A stretch of 63,819 nucleotides of DNA, counting the filler, from Choristocarpus tenellus KU-1152 (taxonomy: Eukaryota; Protista; Phaeophyceae), in NCBI GenBank assembly GCA_964200185.2. It is 12 parts of 12 records of this genome, joined end to end, with 100 filler letters (N's around TTAATTAATTAA, not from the genome) between each part and the next. Parts side by side here need not be neighbours in the genome. Positions count along the whole stretch, not along the records: positions 23,167 to 30,446 come from CAXNAD020006417.1; positions 30,547 to 33,487 come from CAXNAD020023485.1; positions 33,588 to 41,725 come from CAXNAD020005093.1; 9 more parts are not named here. One strand, given 5' to 3'. Below the pieces are notes generated by a model. The model ran no database searches, had not been told where the DNA came from, and saw only the letters and a program-made list of their open reading frames with translations. Positions 26,701-39,200 of the stretch are shown in pieces; within the stretch, counting starts at the first letter, position 1, and each line of letters opens with the position of its first letter. A program made the translations under genes and the position numbers.

Positions 26701-28285
26701 CACGAAGGAAACCTCCACAGAGGTGAGCAAACAAGAACATGCCAGGGGAGCTTGGGAAAGGGATGGAAACCCTGCACCTCACCGACCCAGTCAGGAGTCT
26801 GTGGTGGGTGCCTTGACCTTCGGTGTTTGCACTCAATACAAAGCTCTCTGGGACAGAAGCGCTGAGCCTGATGGCCGAGTTTTTTTATTTTATTTTTTAT
26901 TTATTTATTTTATTGTTCGCGTTATTGTTCGCGTAAGACCGGGCGTATACTCATTCTTTACATTTATGGCATTACACAGTGCGTTGAAGTTCCAATGAAA
27001 ATGACAAGGAAATTGTAACAAACCCCGCTGGATCGCAAACTCCACTGGAACTATTGTGCCAGTTTGCCTGCTGCGCTTTGATGTCTTGATTGCCTTCAAA
27101 AAAAAAAAGACACTTCAGAAATTAGAAATTGCAGCAAACGCCCGTCCAGGTTTTGAGATATTTTGTGAGTCACAAGTTGTTGCCCTCCCATTTCCCAACG
27201 ATGCCATCGAGACAGTTTCACCAAATGGTGCTCCATTTTTTTTTTTTTGAGACACTTGTACCCCCTGTCATTCTGTTATCTGCGGAGCGAGCCAGTTTTG
27301 CCCTTCAAAGCTTTTGGAATTACTCTTCTGCCCGGGGGATTTTTCTCCTTTTTCCAGCACACCTTTTGAAAGTCTTGAAAGTGTAGTTAGAGTTAGGGTT
27401 AGGGTGTGCCGCATGTGCTGATTGGTTGCAATGTCTTGGCCCCTACGTGTATTTGGCGGAAAGCAGGGCAGCGTTGGTTGAGGTTTTCATGCTGGTAGGG
27501 GGGGCGATGTGAAATGTGTCCATCACGAGCAAGTCATGAACCACAATAAAGCTGAGGTCGTGGAAGTTGTGCCTGCCCGCAGGCAGTGTTTGGTGCTTTG
27601 CTTCTGTGCTTCAGTTTGAAAACAGATCTGGCGTGGAAGCATCTCTCTGCGCATCATTGATTGTATTGCAGGTCTAACTATCCCTATCCCTAACCCTAAC
27701 CCCTAACAATGACTCTAATGAACCAAACCGTTTGTCTCATCTTTTTATTTTTTTATTTTTCTCACCGGGCGGTAAAAGGAGTTAGGTTCGCTGACCAGGT
27801 GCATATTTCAGGCACTTTTGTTGTTGAAGGGGTGATGACCCTTACCCACCTTATTGTGAGACTTGAGAGTGTCGTTCTTCCATGTCCATGCCTCCTATTG
27901 GGTGGATGACTGTTGTCTTTTGTGATTTGGTGAGGGATGGGTGCCGGAGGTGGTTCAGGGACTCATTCCTCAGAGGGTTGCAGTCTCCTCGTCTCGGTAT
28001 CCGTGCCATCTCAGGGTTTCAGGAAAAATTATGCTCTGGCTTTTCATGCCACTGTTGCCTTGTGTGTTACTCAACCTACCGCTGCAATTTTATGCAGGAG
28101 CTTTCATGCTTCATTATGGTATAGGCTGGGGTCGTACTAGATAGTGTGCCTTAGGTCCTTCAATGCCCTCCTCACCCATATGACCCAGTTTTTTGACAGT
28201 ACTTGGATGATGCTTCTCTGGTGCTCCAAGATTTTTTTTGTTGTTGCAGTACTATTGCCTGTAGTACTAATTAATGATGTTTTGT

Positions 28286-28476
28286 ATTGCTATTGCTATT
28301 ACTATTACTATTACTATTACTATTACTATTACTATTACTATTACTATTACTATTGCTATTGCTATTGCTATTGCTATTGCTATTGCTATTGCTATTGCTA
28401 TTGCTATTGCTATTGCTATTGCTATTGCTATTGCTATTGCTATTGCTATTGCTATTACTATTACTATTACTATGAC
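28286..28476. repeat. (TATTGC)n/(TATTAC)n microsatellite
   Basis: Direct reading; source of the spurious poly-Y/C, poly-L and IA ORFs. Confidence 0.97.
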
Positions 28477-29230
28477 TATCCTTGTTCTTATTATCTTATT
28501 TTGATTCCAGGATACTATCAAGTGCTGTGAGTGAAATATGATTGAGCTTTTCTTTCAATATGATCTACCCTTGTAGCCTTAACCCTATGGTAAGTTCCAA
28601 CCCCATCCCTACCTGACTTTTGTATTTTTTTGTGTACATTATGTGTGTGCTACTGCGCAGTATGAATTGTTTTTTGTTTTGCTATGGGAGGTGTACCCCA
28701 TTTGGCCAAAAGCACTATTCACACAGTTGTAGTTGGGCGTTCCAATGGCTTACATCAACACACTTAGATTTAACTATTTTTATTCACTTTATTTTTTACT
28801 ATTTTTTTAAATCTCCCGGCTAACTATAACCAGCCCCCGTTTTTCTGGCATTGACTTCATTAAGACTAAGGGATACCTTGATATATATATATTGTTTTTT
28901 TCAGTGGGTGTCATTTTTCCTTTTATCCCAAGGAGATGCCCCACCTGGTGTAGCATATGATGGGACAGGATTGTGGAGTATTGTTTCCTAAGGTTGATTT
29001 TTGATTGTGTCACAATAGTCAATGCAAAAGTCGGTACTAATGGTGGTGTTTTACAATAGGCAGTACATTAAGTAGGTAGGTAACTGCAATGGCAGTACAG
29101 TACAGTACAGTACAGTACAGTACAGTACAGTAGTGGAAAGTCACGACTGCTGACTGAAGTATGATTGATGTCTCAACACAACATGTTGGATATTAGTACA
29201 GGTTATCACAACACAATGAATATCCCACAG

Positions 29231-29379
29231 GTATTGTCACAGCTAACAGAGGGGAGGGGTCAGCCCGTACAGCGCAATCAGGGTTTTTTTTCCAACTTGG
29301 CAATGGAGTCAGCAGTAGCGGCACTGGGAACCAAAGGCAGGAACAATACCTGGCGGAGAGGGGATGACGGGCCTGTTAG
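29231..29379 (+). CDS. Possible internal exon, unknown protein
   Basis: CCCACAG acceptor, open frame VLSQLTEGRG...DDGPVR, GTGAGA donor, between microsatellite-rich flanks. Confidence 0.35.
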
Positions 29380-29756
29380 GTGAGATATTTCTCCCGTGGG
29401 AGTGGTTCCAATGGCAATGGTGATAGTAATTATAGTAATAATAGTAATAGTAATAGTAATAATATTGCCAATAATAGCAATGATAACAAAAGTGATAATA
29501 ATAATAGTAATAATAACAATGGTAACAATAGTAATGATAATAATAGTAATGATAGCAATAGTTGTAATGATATTACTAATATTAATAACAGTAGTAATCA
29601 TGACATTGATGATGATGTTGACGATGGGAACATTTCACATTTTAAAATGAGAAGCATACAGCTCTGTGGGCCATTGATGCATCCGGAAATTTCTGGATTC
29701 TGCCGAGTGGGATTCTAAGGTCAGTGGAGCAGATTGATGCTACGCATTTGAGTAGC

Positions 29757-29940
29757 TGTTAACAAATGGTATGAGGAAGTCACTGTTAACAAATGGTGTA
29801 AGGAAGTCACTGTTAACAAATGGTATAAGGAAGTCACTGTTAACAAATGGTATAAGGAAGTCACTGTTAACAAATGGTGTAAGGAAGTCACTGTTAACAA
29901 ATGGTGTAAGGAAGTCACTGTTAACAAATGGTATAAGGAA
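29757..29940. repeat. 27-bp minisatellite, about 7 copies
   Basis: AAGGAAGTCACTGTTAACAAATGGT(A/G)T head-to-tail with no spacers. Confidence 0.95.
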
Positions 29941-30066
29941 TTCTGCATGTGCTGCTAACAGTTCTTTTCTTACTCATTATGTAGAGTTGACTGGTAAATG
30001 AAAAGCCTATTTAAATAAAAAATGTTGTGTTAAATAAAAAATGTTGTGAGGGTCGTCTGGCAAGAG

Positions 30067-30097
<31 letters not shown>

Positions 30098-30152
30098 GTG
30101 CACGATGTATTCTGGGCAGTTGAAATAACTTTTGTTTTTTTCTTATTGGACT

Positions 30153-30192
30153 GGTTAGGGTTAGGGTTAGGGTTAGGGTTAGGGTTAGGGTT
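30153..30192 (+). repeat. Interstitial (TTAGGG)n telomere-type repeat, about 6 units
   Basis: GGTTAGGGTTAGGGTTAGGGTTAGGGTTAGGGTTAGGGTT. Confidence 0.9.
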
Positions 30193-30546
30193 GTTTGAAT
30201 ATCATATACAAAAGGGGTAAGAGAGGCATGGTGGTTTACCTTTGCCTTGTGACATGGGGTTGACCTTGAGTGTATGCTACTTTTCGCCCCTAAGTGCTGT
30301 TGGGATTTTAGGCATCAGCTGATGACTATTTTCAAGACGATAACTTTAGGAATGAAATAGTTTTTCCCCTCCCCCTCCCCCCCCCCCCACTCGATTAACC
30401 AAAAAAAACCAAAATTTAATTCTATTCCTGTGGGCATCATTATTTCNNNNNNNNNNNNNNNNNNNNNNNNNNNNNNNNNNNNNNNNNNNNTTAATTAATT
30501 AANNNNNNNNNNNNNNNNNNNNNNNNNNNNNNNNNNNNNNNNNNNN

Positions 30547-30723
30547 GTGCCCTCCACAAGCACCAAAATATTTTTGACCAAAAATATATCCCATTGTAGC
30601 GGGGTCCTTCAAAAGCTCCGCAACATTTACAAAAAAAAACGTATGGGCACTTTCCACGCACCATTTTGGGTCAAACCCATCCTCCATAGTATACTCCATC
30701 CTCAATTTTGGTGATCGGCTGTT
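30547..30723. mobile_element. MITE family C-related terminus
   Basis: Ends TTTTGGGTCAAACCCATCCTCCATAGTATACTCCATCCTCAATTTTGGTGATCGGCTGTT, like 5462-5521. Confidence 0.75.
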
Positions 30724-32097
30724 TTCTGATGATATAATGTCCACAAAGGACAAAGTGATACTGCTGTGAACAGTTTTTTTTTATCATGTAGAATTGATGA
30801 CTACGATTGTGCTCCCATCTTCAATTACCGAAGAGACGCTCAATGTGCGATTTTGGGAAGTAAATGCATATATGAGTTCTCTTCGTGAGTTTCTAGGAAG
30901 CAAGGGACAATTCAATCTACACATGAAAGAATATGTGCGAAGAATACTGTTACTTTGAAAACCAAGCAATAATAATACAATATAGCGCGGAAGTAAATCA
31001 CCTTTCAGACTTGCACTTCTAATTTCTGGACCTGTGGGGGGAAACTTGATCTACGTATGTATGCCCTGTTGTGGTAAATCCGTTGAGCGTGGAGATTAAA
31101 GCTCATTTCGAAAGAGCAATGGATACAGATACGCAGCCATCCCACCATAATGAAGGGTGAGTATATGAAAAAAAAATTCTACTACTATTATTATACTACA
31201 TACTTCTTGAAGGAAGCAGGATCTCCCGCTCCAGACAATGTCGATACACTAGACCTCTACCTGGTGCACATAAATAACCTATAGGAGCAATAGTTGGGAG
31301 AATAGGGAGAAGAAGAGAACAAGGATTTTAGTTGCTATTCTTTTGCTGACAGTGATAATAATAACATGGATGCATGATTTGAGTGTGTGTGTGTGTGTTG
31401 TGTATCATGTGCTCTACAATTATCAATTGACTGATGCGTTTCAATTTCACATTTTAAAAATGCTTGGTAGGACTGAGTATATGTGTGCGCCTTTGTGCAC
31501 TTCATTCTGCTTTATGTAGCCGAGTGGTAATCTTTTCGCTGCTGATGATGGGGGTGAAGCACTGTTTCCAGTGGAAGGCTAATTTTCAAGGTAAGAGTAG
31601 GTTGTTTAGATCTTAAAAACCCTGTAACAAGTGTCACCATATGGGCGATATGATCCGTTCTCATTTTCAAGCTCCACGAGCTTCATAGTTCACCCTTCCC
31701 TCATTTGAAGAAACGGGATTTCTCCAAGGCAAGGTGAGTTGCAGCGAAGGTAAGAGACGCGAAAATAGTAACAAAATGGGCTCGATTTAAAGGTGCAGAA
31801 TTGTTGTGCTTTGTTTGACATGCAAGAAGATACCTCCCGCTTTCTGTGCTGACCATCACTTGATGATCAAAGCAGACATGATACACAAATGAGACAAAAC
31901 AAAGCACCATGGTGTTGATGACAGGAGAACATTGCAGCGGCTTGTTGCTTGATCAGCATAGTCAACAGACGATCACATATATAGACAGTAGCCTTGTATT
32001 CCCACTTCGTAGTTTTTTTACATTTGTCAGAGAGTATGTCCATACAAGGATGGATACTTCCATGCCAAGCACTACACAGTGGAGGAGGAGGCTTCTA

Positions 32098-32923
32098 TCA
32101 GAAGCCATACGTGGTTGAGTTGTGGGGTCTGGGAATTCTACCACGGAGCCCAGCTCTGGCCATCTCTCTTTGTCGCTCCCTCTCCTCCTCTGCTGCTTCC
32201 ACCCTAGCCCGGGCAGTCTTCCTCCTCACCCCCTCTGCTACCAGACGTCCCCTGTGTCCCCTGAACGTCCGCTGAACAACTTGCGCTGCCTCTGCCCTTG
32301 GACCTGAGAAACTCTTGTTTTTTCCACCTGGCACATCCAACATTGACTTGGTTGAATGATGCTGCCTCCCTTTTGCTCCCAAGCCACCGTAAATATCGTG
32401 TTGCTGTGAACCTCGGCCATGCAAGTTAGTTGGGGTCACCTCTGATGATGTGGTATGTTTATGTCTAGGAGGCGTGAATGAGACTGGTCCATCTCGACAG
32501 GAAGGCGGAGATCTCTCACTGCCTCCCACCCGCACCATCCCTCTGTCACCACTACCTATTCCACTACAGTGTTGTTGTGTGCCCGGTCTCCTGCTGCTAG
32601 GATGGTCCCAGTAGGGGCTGGCATTACCCACATCATTTTTGAGAGTCCCCTGCAGTACTGCCTTTTGCCCACCATCGCCCCACCTCTTGGTCCCACTCTT
32701 CTCAGTTCTAGATGGTTTGGGCTTGATCGCCCAAGTTTGACCTTGTCTGTTAACCCCTTCAGCTCCCATTTCCGCCCTTTGGAAGACCTTAGGTGATGTT
32801 AGTCCTCTTGTTGCTGTTGAGCATTTCAAATGGCTGCTACGAGGGGTTCCTGGTGTGTCCCAAGAGCTTTGGAGTAGAGCCTCAAATTGAGCATCACCGC
32901 CTTCAAGGCCGGCGTTGATATCA
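32098..32923 (-). CDS. Last exon of an IQ-motif protein
   Basis: About 275-codon open frame after acceptor TATCCCCAG; IQ-like AAQVVQRTFRGHRGR followed by a charged coiled coil; stop at 32098. Confidence 0.75.
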
Positions 32924-33426
32924 CTGGGGATAATGTGACAATGGGATGCCATGTGTGTGGAGTGGCATGCAGAGTGCAGAGGTTAAGGAAGAAGGGGTAA
33001 ATGAGGTGTGGGGAGGAGCTATGGTTGAGAGGGGGAGAAAGTACCACAGGTGATATCATATACTTCGAGAAAAAAAAACTGAACACTAAAGCGGATTGAG
33101 TCTAATGGCATGAGACTGATCAACATGTGTTCCAGATTACATAACTGCGGTGTGCAGGGGGGATGTTCAAAGAAGTGTGCAACATTGTAGGGGTGGGGTA
33201 AATGTATCCAATTAAACAATTACACCAATGAGATGCCATGTATCTCACAATTAGTCAATAGGAAGCAGATGCCCTGCAATACCCCCCATCCCCATAGATT
33301 TAGTACCGCATTAACTAGAGTGCATAGAAGGACCCGTGGAGGAGATAGTGGGCTGATTATATTGCGTGGTTGATGGAGATGAACTGATTCATCCCAGCGA
33401 GCACAAGTGGTAGGAACATATGCTCT

Positions 33427-33487
33427 GAGTGAAAGTAACCTAAAGGGTACGAGTTTTGCCCTGTTTGTCCATTTGGGGCTTGACTTC
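33427..33487 (-). mobile_element. MITE family B, partial at contig end
   Basis: GAGTGAAAGTA...GGGTACGAGTTTTGCCCTGTTTGTCCATTTGGGG. Confidence 0.82.
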
Positions 33488-33587
33488 NNNNNNNNNNNNN
33501 NNNNNNNNNNNNNNNNNNNNNNNNNNNNNNNTTAATTAATTAANNNNNNNNNNNNNNNNNNNNNNNNNNNNNNNNNNNNNNNNNNNN

Positions 33588-33660
33588 TAGCCCAAAATCG
33601 GGACATGAAACATTTGACCCCAAATGGACAGTCGCCACCCCCTCCCAGATACTTTGAGTC
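33588..33660 (-). mobile_element. MITE family A, partial at contig start
   Basis: CCCCAAATGGACAGTCGCC...CCCAGATACTTTGAGTC. Confidence 0.82.
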
Positions 33661-34279
33661 ACATACACAGAGATTTCACACGTAGTCATAGTTGACACGT
33701 ATGGGTTATGGGTTCTGACGATAGGCCTGTCTAGTCAGGCTAAGAAATAAAGTACATACTGTGAGATATTACAATGGTATCTCATCTTGGTGACGTGTGG
33801 TCTGGAAAGAAAAAAAGGCTTTCGGTCAAAAAATGTATAAATATTCTGATCGCACACGCTTGTTAGGTAGGAACACTTGTTCGGAGCAAAACAAAATTGA
33901 AACAGGGCTGGTTGTAATGTAAAGCGGGCACCTCAGAAGGTTTTTTTTTTTTTTCCTTGTTTGGTTGTTGTAGAGAGAGGGGACGCAGAGGGTTGGGCTG
34001 AATGAAGCCATCTCCTGCTCACTGTGCTAAAGGGTTGTGCCCAGGGTTCTAAGATGCTGAAGATTGTTTGGCAAAGACGATCTCCAGTTCTCCTGTTCAC
34101 CCTGGCCCTCTTTTCCATCCTCAAGTTTTCCCAAACATCAGCGTGTTGGGTTGTTCATCCACCGCACGCGCAACTTGCAATGAGAACAGGAACCTCTGCT
34201 TCTGCATAGTGGTCATAATGACGGCATCTTCACTGTATGATGTGGTGTGATCATTGTGTACTTGTTTGCAGAATCAGAT

Positions 34280-34432
34280 GCATTGCAGTACTAGGACTTT
34301 GTGATCACTGTGGTATTCGGATTTTGTGATCCCTGTAGTACTAGAACTTAGTGATCACTGCAAAACTAGGACTTTGTGATTACTGCAGAACTAAGATTTT
34401 GTGATCACTGTAGTGCTAGGGCTTTGTGATAG
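34280..34432. repeat. Degenerate 25-bp minisatellite
   Basis: CTGCAGTACTAGGACTTTGTGATCA-like units, about 6 copies. Confidence 0.8.
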
Positions 34433-34724
34433 TGAAGACAGGGCTTGACAAAGCATGCCTAGCACAGCGTCCCCATCAAGCAACCATACAGGAATACCTC
34501 CTGTACTTCAACCTTAAAGCATCCATATCTTGATTTGGAGACTATGCCTGTGTCTCCGTCGCAAAGTACTTGACTCTGTACCGCGACATGTGGACACGCC
34601 TCTAAGCCTTTTGAACTCCACTGCAAATTTTCGTGATAACACCTGAATCAGATAACATAACACCTGAATCATCGTTGATGATGTGCCTCCAAACTACACT
34701 TTGGCATCAGAGGATGACATCAGC

Positions 34725-35005
34725 TGATATCTCCAAATGTCGGAATTGATATCTCCAAATGTCGGAATTGATATCTCCAAATGTCGGAATTGACATCTCC
34801 AAATGTCAGAATTGATATCTCCAAATGTCAGAATTGATATCTCCAAATGTCAGAATTGATATCTCCAAATGTTGGAATTGATATCTCCAAATGTCGGAAT
34901 TGATATCTCCAAATGTCAGAATTGATATTTCCAAATGTCGGAATTGATATTTCCAAATGTCAGAATTTATATCTCCAAATGTCGGAATTGATACCTACAA
35001 ATGTC
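34725..35005. repeat. 21-bp minisatellite, about 13 copies
   Basis: GAATTGATATCTCCAAATGTC(G/A)-type units head-to-tail. Confidence 0.95.
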
Positions 35006-35398
35006 ATGCAGAACACCTCCTGCCTCATCTTGTTCCTACCTGCCGTTTGTTCCTGGTCATATCTTCACTCTTCCTCTTCTTCTTTCAATCTGAGTCTCTC
35101 TGTGAACACAAATACAATATTATTTTTCTTATTTCTATTTCTCGCTTTGGTTCCGTCTTCTCCTACCCATGACATGACCCATGACATGGTCAGAGGTTCT
35201 AGAGCACAGGAATCGATGAATGGAAGGAGCGTGTGCGGGAGAAGGAAAAGAAATAAAAAAAATTATGAAAAAAACATGAATGAAAAACAAAGGAAAAAAT
35301 AAAAAAATAGTAACACAAAAGGGGGAAAACACACACACACACACACACACACTCAAACATAAATTCACGGTGCAATGACCAGCAGAAGAAACACATCT

Positions 35399-35445
<47 letters not shown>

Positions 35446-37063
35446 TTTGTACTGTATAGTCTTTGGGGTCTATCCCTATCCCTTCCCTTAAATCAGAGGC
35501 ACCAAGCACTGCACCACTTCTAATGCTATCGATGATACTAATGTAAGTGCTGTTACACTCATCGTACGGTATTGTTCCTGTGTGTGCGCTGCTTCTCACG
35601 TGGTAGGTTCAGCTATCCCTCCACTGGTCATTCCACCTCATCCCTCAAATCTCAGTTGGTGTCACTAAGCAACAGAGTCCATGATTCCTCGGCCTTGGCT
35701 CGGGCCTTCTTGATGTACAGCAACAGATAGGACGGTACTATCCATAGTGCTTGCCACGTGAGCTTTGGATAATCAAAATCAGATCTCATGAAAAGAAGTC
35801 TGGCATTATCAAAGGGGTTGAAACCTACTGAACTCATTCAGGGAACATCTTCCATAACCGCTGAGCCATAAGGACGCTCTAACTTTTGCACTATCACAAA
35901 TTGAACTGCCTCAGTTCATCATGCTTTGTCTCTCACAAGTTGGGTTCAGTCCATCCTACCTACCGCCCATCGTTCCACCTCTTCTCTCTTGAATCTTGTG
36001 CTGAGCCTGTTTTGATGATAGTCAGCAACGAACCCTTGCCTTGCCATATCGATCTTGGTTTGTCATTTTCGAGGTACAGCATTTTTGAGGTATAGCAAGA
36101 GGATATCGCAGATGTACAGTCCATGGCACGTGCGACATGGACATGCTGATAGAGAGGTGCCATTCACAAACCGTCAGCAATTTTCTCAAAAATTTCAAAG
36201 GTTCAGGCAGGTGCCACACAAACATCGGAAACGATTTTCTTTTCTTGAATACGATTTTCTTTTCTTGAATATATGTTCCTTGACGGAACTGGAGGTGAAT
36301 TCTACGTCTGGTGATATCAGTTAAAGGGGGCTGATTGATGTCTTACCAAAGAAGCTGGTAGTATACAATACCATAGAGTAGTAGCATACACCAATGGAAC
36401 AGAAGTTGATACTTACACTGGGACGAAGTCGGCAGTTAATATAACATTTCCAAATTATGTGCAGCCAAGCCTATGAGTTTAATCCAAAACTATCAATACC
36501 ATATCGCCACAATCCTAGTACAACATGGTAAGCATCTCACCACAATAACCTTACTGCATTGGTCAGAACAAAACTGAGAGGCTAGAATATACAGCTTGCA
36601 GTAGACACACTTCAACCCCCCCACTCTTCCTGTCCACATGCCACAAGACCGCATATATGCTGAGGCAATATCTAAGGAGTATGAAGTGGGAGGTGGAGCA
36701 TTACCGAGGATTGTGTCTCTTATCGCGTACACGCCTTCCATCATGGCGACCTCTTCTGTGAGAGCTCCATCTCTGAATAATAATGGACATCAACGCCATT
36801 AGGAACATTGTGTCCAGGACAAATACTATCGCCAGGGCGCAAAGCTCGTCCAAGTAAATCACGTGGTTTGTCTGCCTGCATTCTGCCACTGAAATGGTTA
36901 GGTTCAAACCCTGGTGGCAAGCGCACTAGGGGAAGGTCCACCATTTGCAATTCTGTCACAACATACAACGCTTCGTACTTTGTTATTGTTATAGGTCGAC
37001 CAACATTTTATTGTCAGGGGAGGAATCTGCTACCATTCACTAAGGCTCTAGTGGAAAATGCAC

Positions 37064-38813
37064 CTGCTGGCATCCATACAGGCGTTCTCGTAGGTCCCCT
37101 TGGCCTGTCGGTACTCTCCCTGCACCACCTCCAATTCCTGCACCAGCTCTTGCGCCTCCGCTCCCAGGCGCTCAACATGAGCACGATGCCTGACTGCATA
37201 CTCGCTGAGTGTCTTTTGAGCACCACAAAAGATCCGATACGTTTTATAGGCATGAGATAAAACATTGGGCGACCTTAGGGTAATAGCTAGGCTCAAGCTA
37301 TCCTGAGTGTCTTGCATTTATGTAAACAATTAATAGAATTATCACAGTTCACAAGCGCACTCACAAGCAGTTCTCAGTCAGTCCATTTTACCACATAGGC
37401 GCAATGCACAGGTGTATTTACATTCTTTAAGACATTGCATGTGGTTTCAGGGCAAAGGTTTGGAATGACCAAAGTAATTCAGCAACGGAAGGGAGTGATG
37501 AGTGGAAAGTAGCTGGAGTTGACTGGGGTTACGGTTCAGAACATTTGTTGCTTCTAATTGCAATCAAAGACTACGCGACATTCACATATATACTTCGTTT
37601 CAAAGCACATATGAATATACAGAGGACAGACATATGTAGGTCACAGTTGTTTGTTGTGATAGGGTTGAAACATGATTGTAATGAGAGAAGACAATTCTAG
37701 TTAACAATAGAGTGAGGGTTGAGGTAGGATTTCAGTCAGCAGTAGATGCTCCAGACACAATCTTCATTCTGGCAAATGACCGTTTTGCTGGGTGGGCGCT
37801 GTGACCAGAGAACGACCAATATCCGACACATACCAAACCACCAAGACTTGAGACAACTTCAATAGCGATGTCTGGGAAGGACCCTGTGCTTAAAGGTAAG
37901 AGGTTGCACGAGATGTGCCTCAGCATACCTGCAGTATTGCAAAAGCCTGAGGGGGTGGTACCCCGACAAAGCATGGCAGCGACATGCCATGAGAACCAAG
38001 ACAAGCTATTCCACAGACTGCCAGTTTGACATTGATTGGGTATCACGTCCCAGAGGGCGAGCGCCGACACAAGAAATGGTAAGTTACTATTTAACAATAG
38101 ATGCACACCACCAGAAAGGGTCATTACTCACCTTCGCTATGTTCTGTTCAATGCACAATGCCCACCCCACGTGCTGCTTCCCCCAGCTTTTGAAAGCTGC
38201 CAAGAGGCCAGCCCAGCCCTCCATCAGAGCAGGGGCCCAAGCTGGCATCACAGCAGCCGCCTGTCCCCATCCTCCACCTCCATGTTGCTGTAACCCCTGG
38301 TACTTTGAAACTGCTTTCACAAGAGCCTTTTTGCGTAGTCAAGAACATATGTACAAGGAACACGAGGAGTGTAAGACTGCTTGGAAACGTATTTTCGTTG
38401 CTACGGTCCAAACCTTCCACCTTTTGGTTGCAAGAGGCACTGCATAATCTTCATTGCCTACAGTATTTCACAGTCTTGGAGACTGAGGATATCTTCACCT
38501 TGCCGTAAGTGTTCTCCAAAGACGCACGCTCAGCCAGAAAGTCCGCCATAGCCTGACAAGTCTTAACCCCATGGGAACCCTTGTCCTTAACAACATCGAG
38601 GCGCTCCCACAACCGTTCGCCATAGGTTATTGCAGGTGGCATCTCCGTCGTTTTTCTAGGCTTCGTGTTGCTGTTATGGGCCTCCACAGAGAGTCTACTG
38701 TCATCTGTACTCTTCTCTTTCTCCGCGATGCCCTCGTTCGAATTGCCCTTATTTTCCACAAAACCAATTTCCTCTTCCCTGCTCAACTTCCTACCCCCAA
38801 CTGCCTCCCTCAT
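37064..38813 (-). CDS. F-BAR/FCH domain protein (partial; exons about 38813-38499 and 37212-37064, more likely downstream)
   Basis: YGERLWERLDVVKDKGSHGVKTCQAMADFLAERASLENTYGK is a typical FCH helix pattern; donor AAG|GTGAAG; second exon is coiled coil ...LEVVQGEYRQAKGTYENAC. Confidence 0.8.
37740..38420 (+). mobile_element. Possible decayed RTE-type LINE 3' fragment in the F-BAR intron
   Basis: Broken frames loosely resembling RTE C-termini (FPQLL.A...R..G....W...AF); weak. Confidence 0.3.
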
Positions 38814-39200
38814 TGAGCCGAGTACTTCAGCTGGAACCTACCTGAGAGAGGCAGAACAGGTGCTACTTATAATTTTCATGAACTACTACTGATCTGTGAT
38901 ACAAGACAGTGGATACTAACTATTGATACACACTCACTACAACTACTACGGCTGCTACTACTACTACTATTGTTGTTCACTATCACAAATACCGCGCGCA
39001 ACCACTTTCGTTGACATCACAACGCACATCTCAACCACCTTTTTTGGTGCAACTTGGTGACCGTGTGTTGCGATCTACCTTGTGTCTATTACTGTCCTTG
39101 AATCTTCGAGCCTAGAATTGTATCCGTTATTGAACCCTTGGTGTGCTTCTACAAGTCTGTACAGGGAGCTAGCTCCCCACCCCAACGTGGGTTGGTCATC

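Noticed and set aside
28144-28530. Poly-Y/C, poly-L and IA ORFs
   Set aside because: Translations of a hexanucleotide microsatellite.
29278-29718. Asn-rich and Ile-rich ORFs
   Set aside because: AAT/AGT low-complexity tract directly after a GT donor, probably intronic.
29757-29940. 27-bp repeats as a CRISPR array
   Set aside because: Head-to-tail with no unique spacers, no cas genes, eukaryotic context; a minisatellite.
30153-30192. True chromosome end
   Set aside because: Only about 6 units, with ordinary sequence on both sides.
34725-35005. 21-bp repeats as CRISPR or a repeat protein (ORF 34913-35302)
   Set aside because: No spacers; the ORF is a by-product of the repeat.
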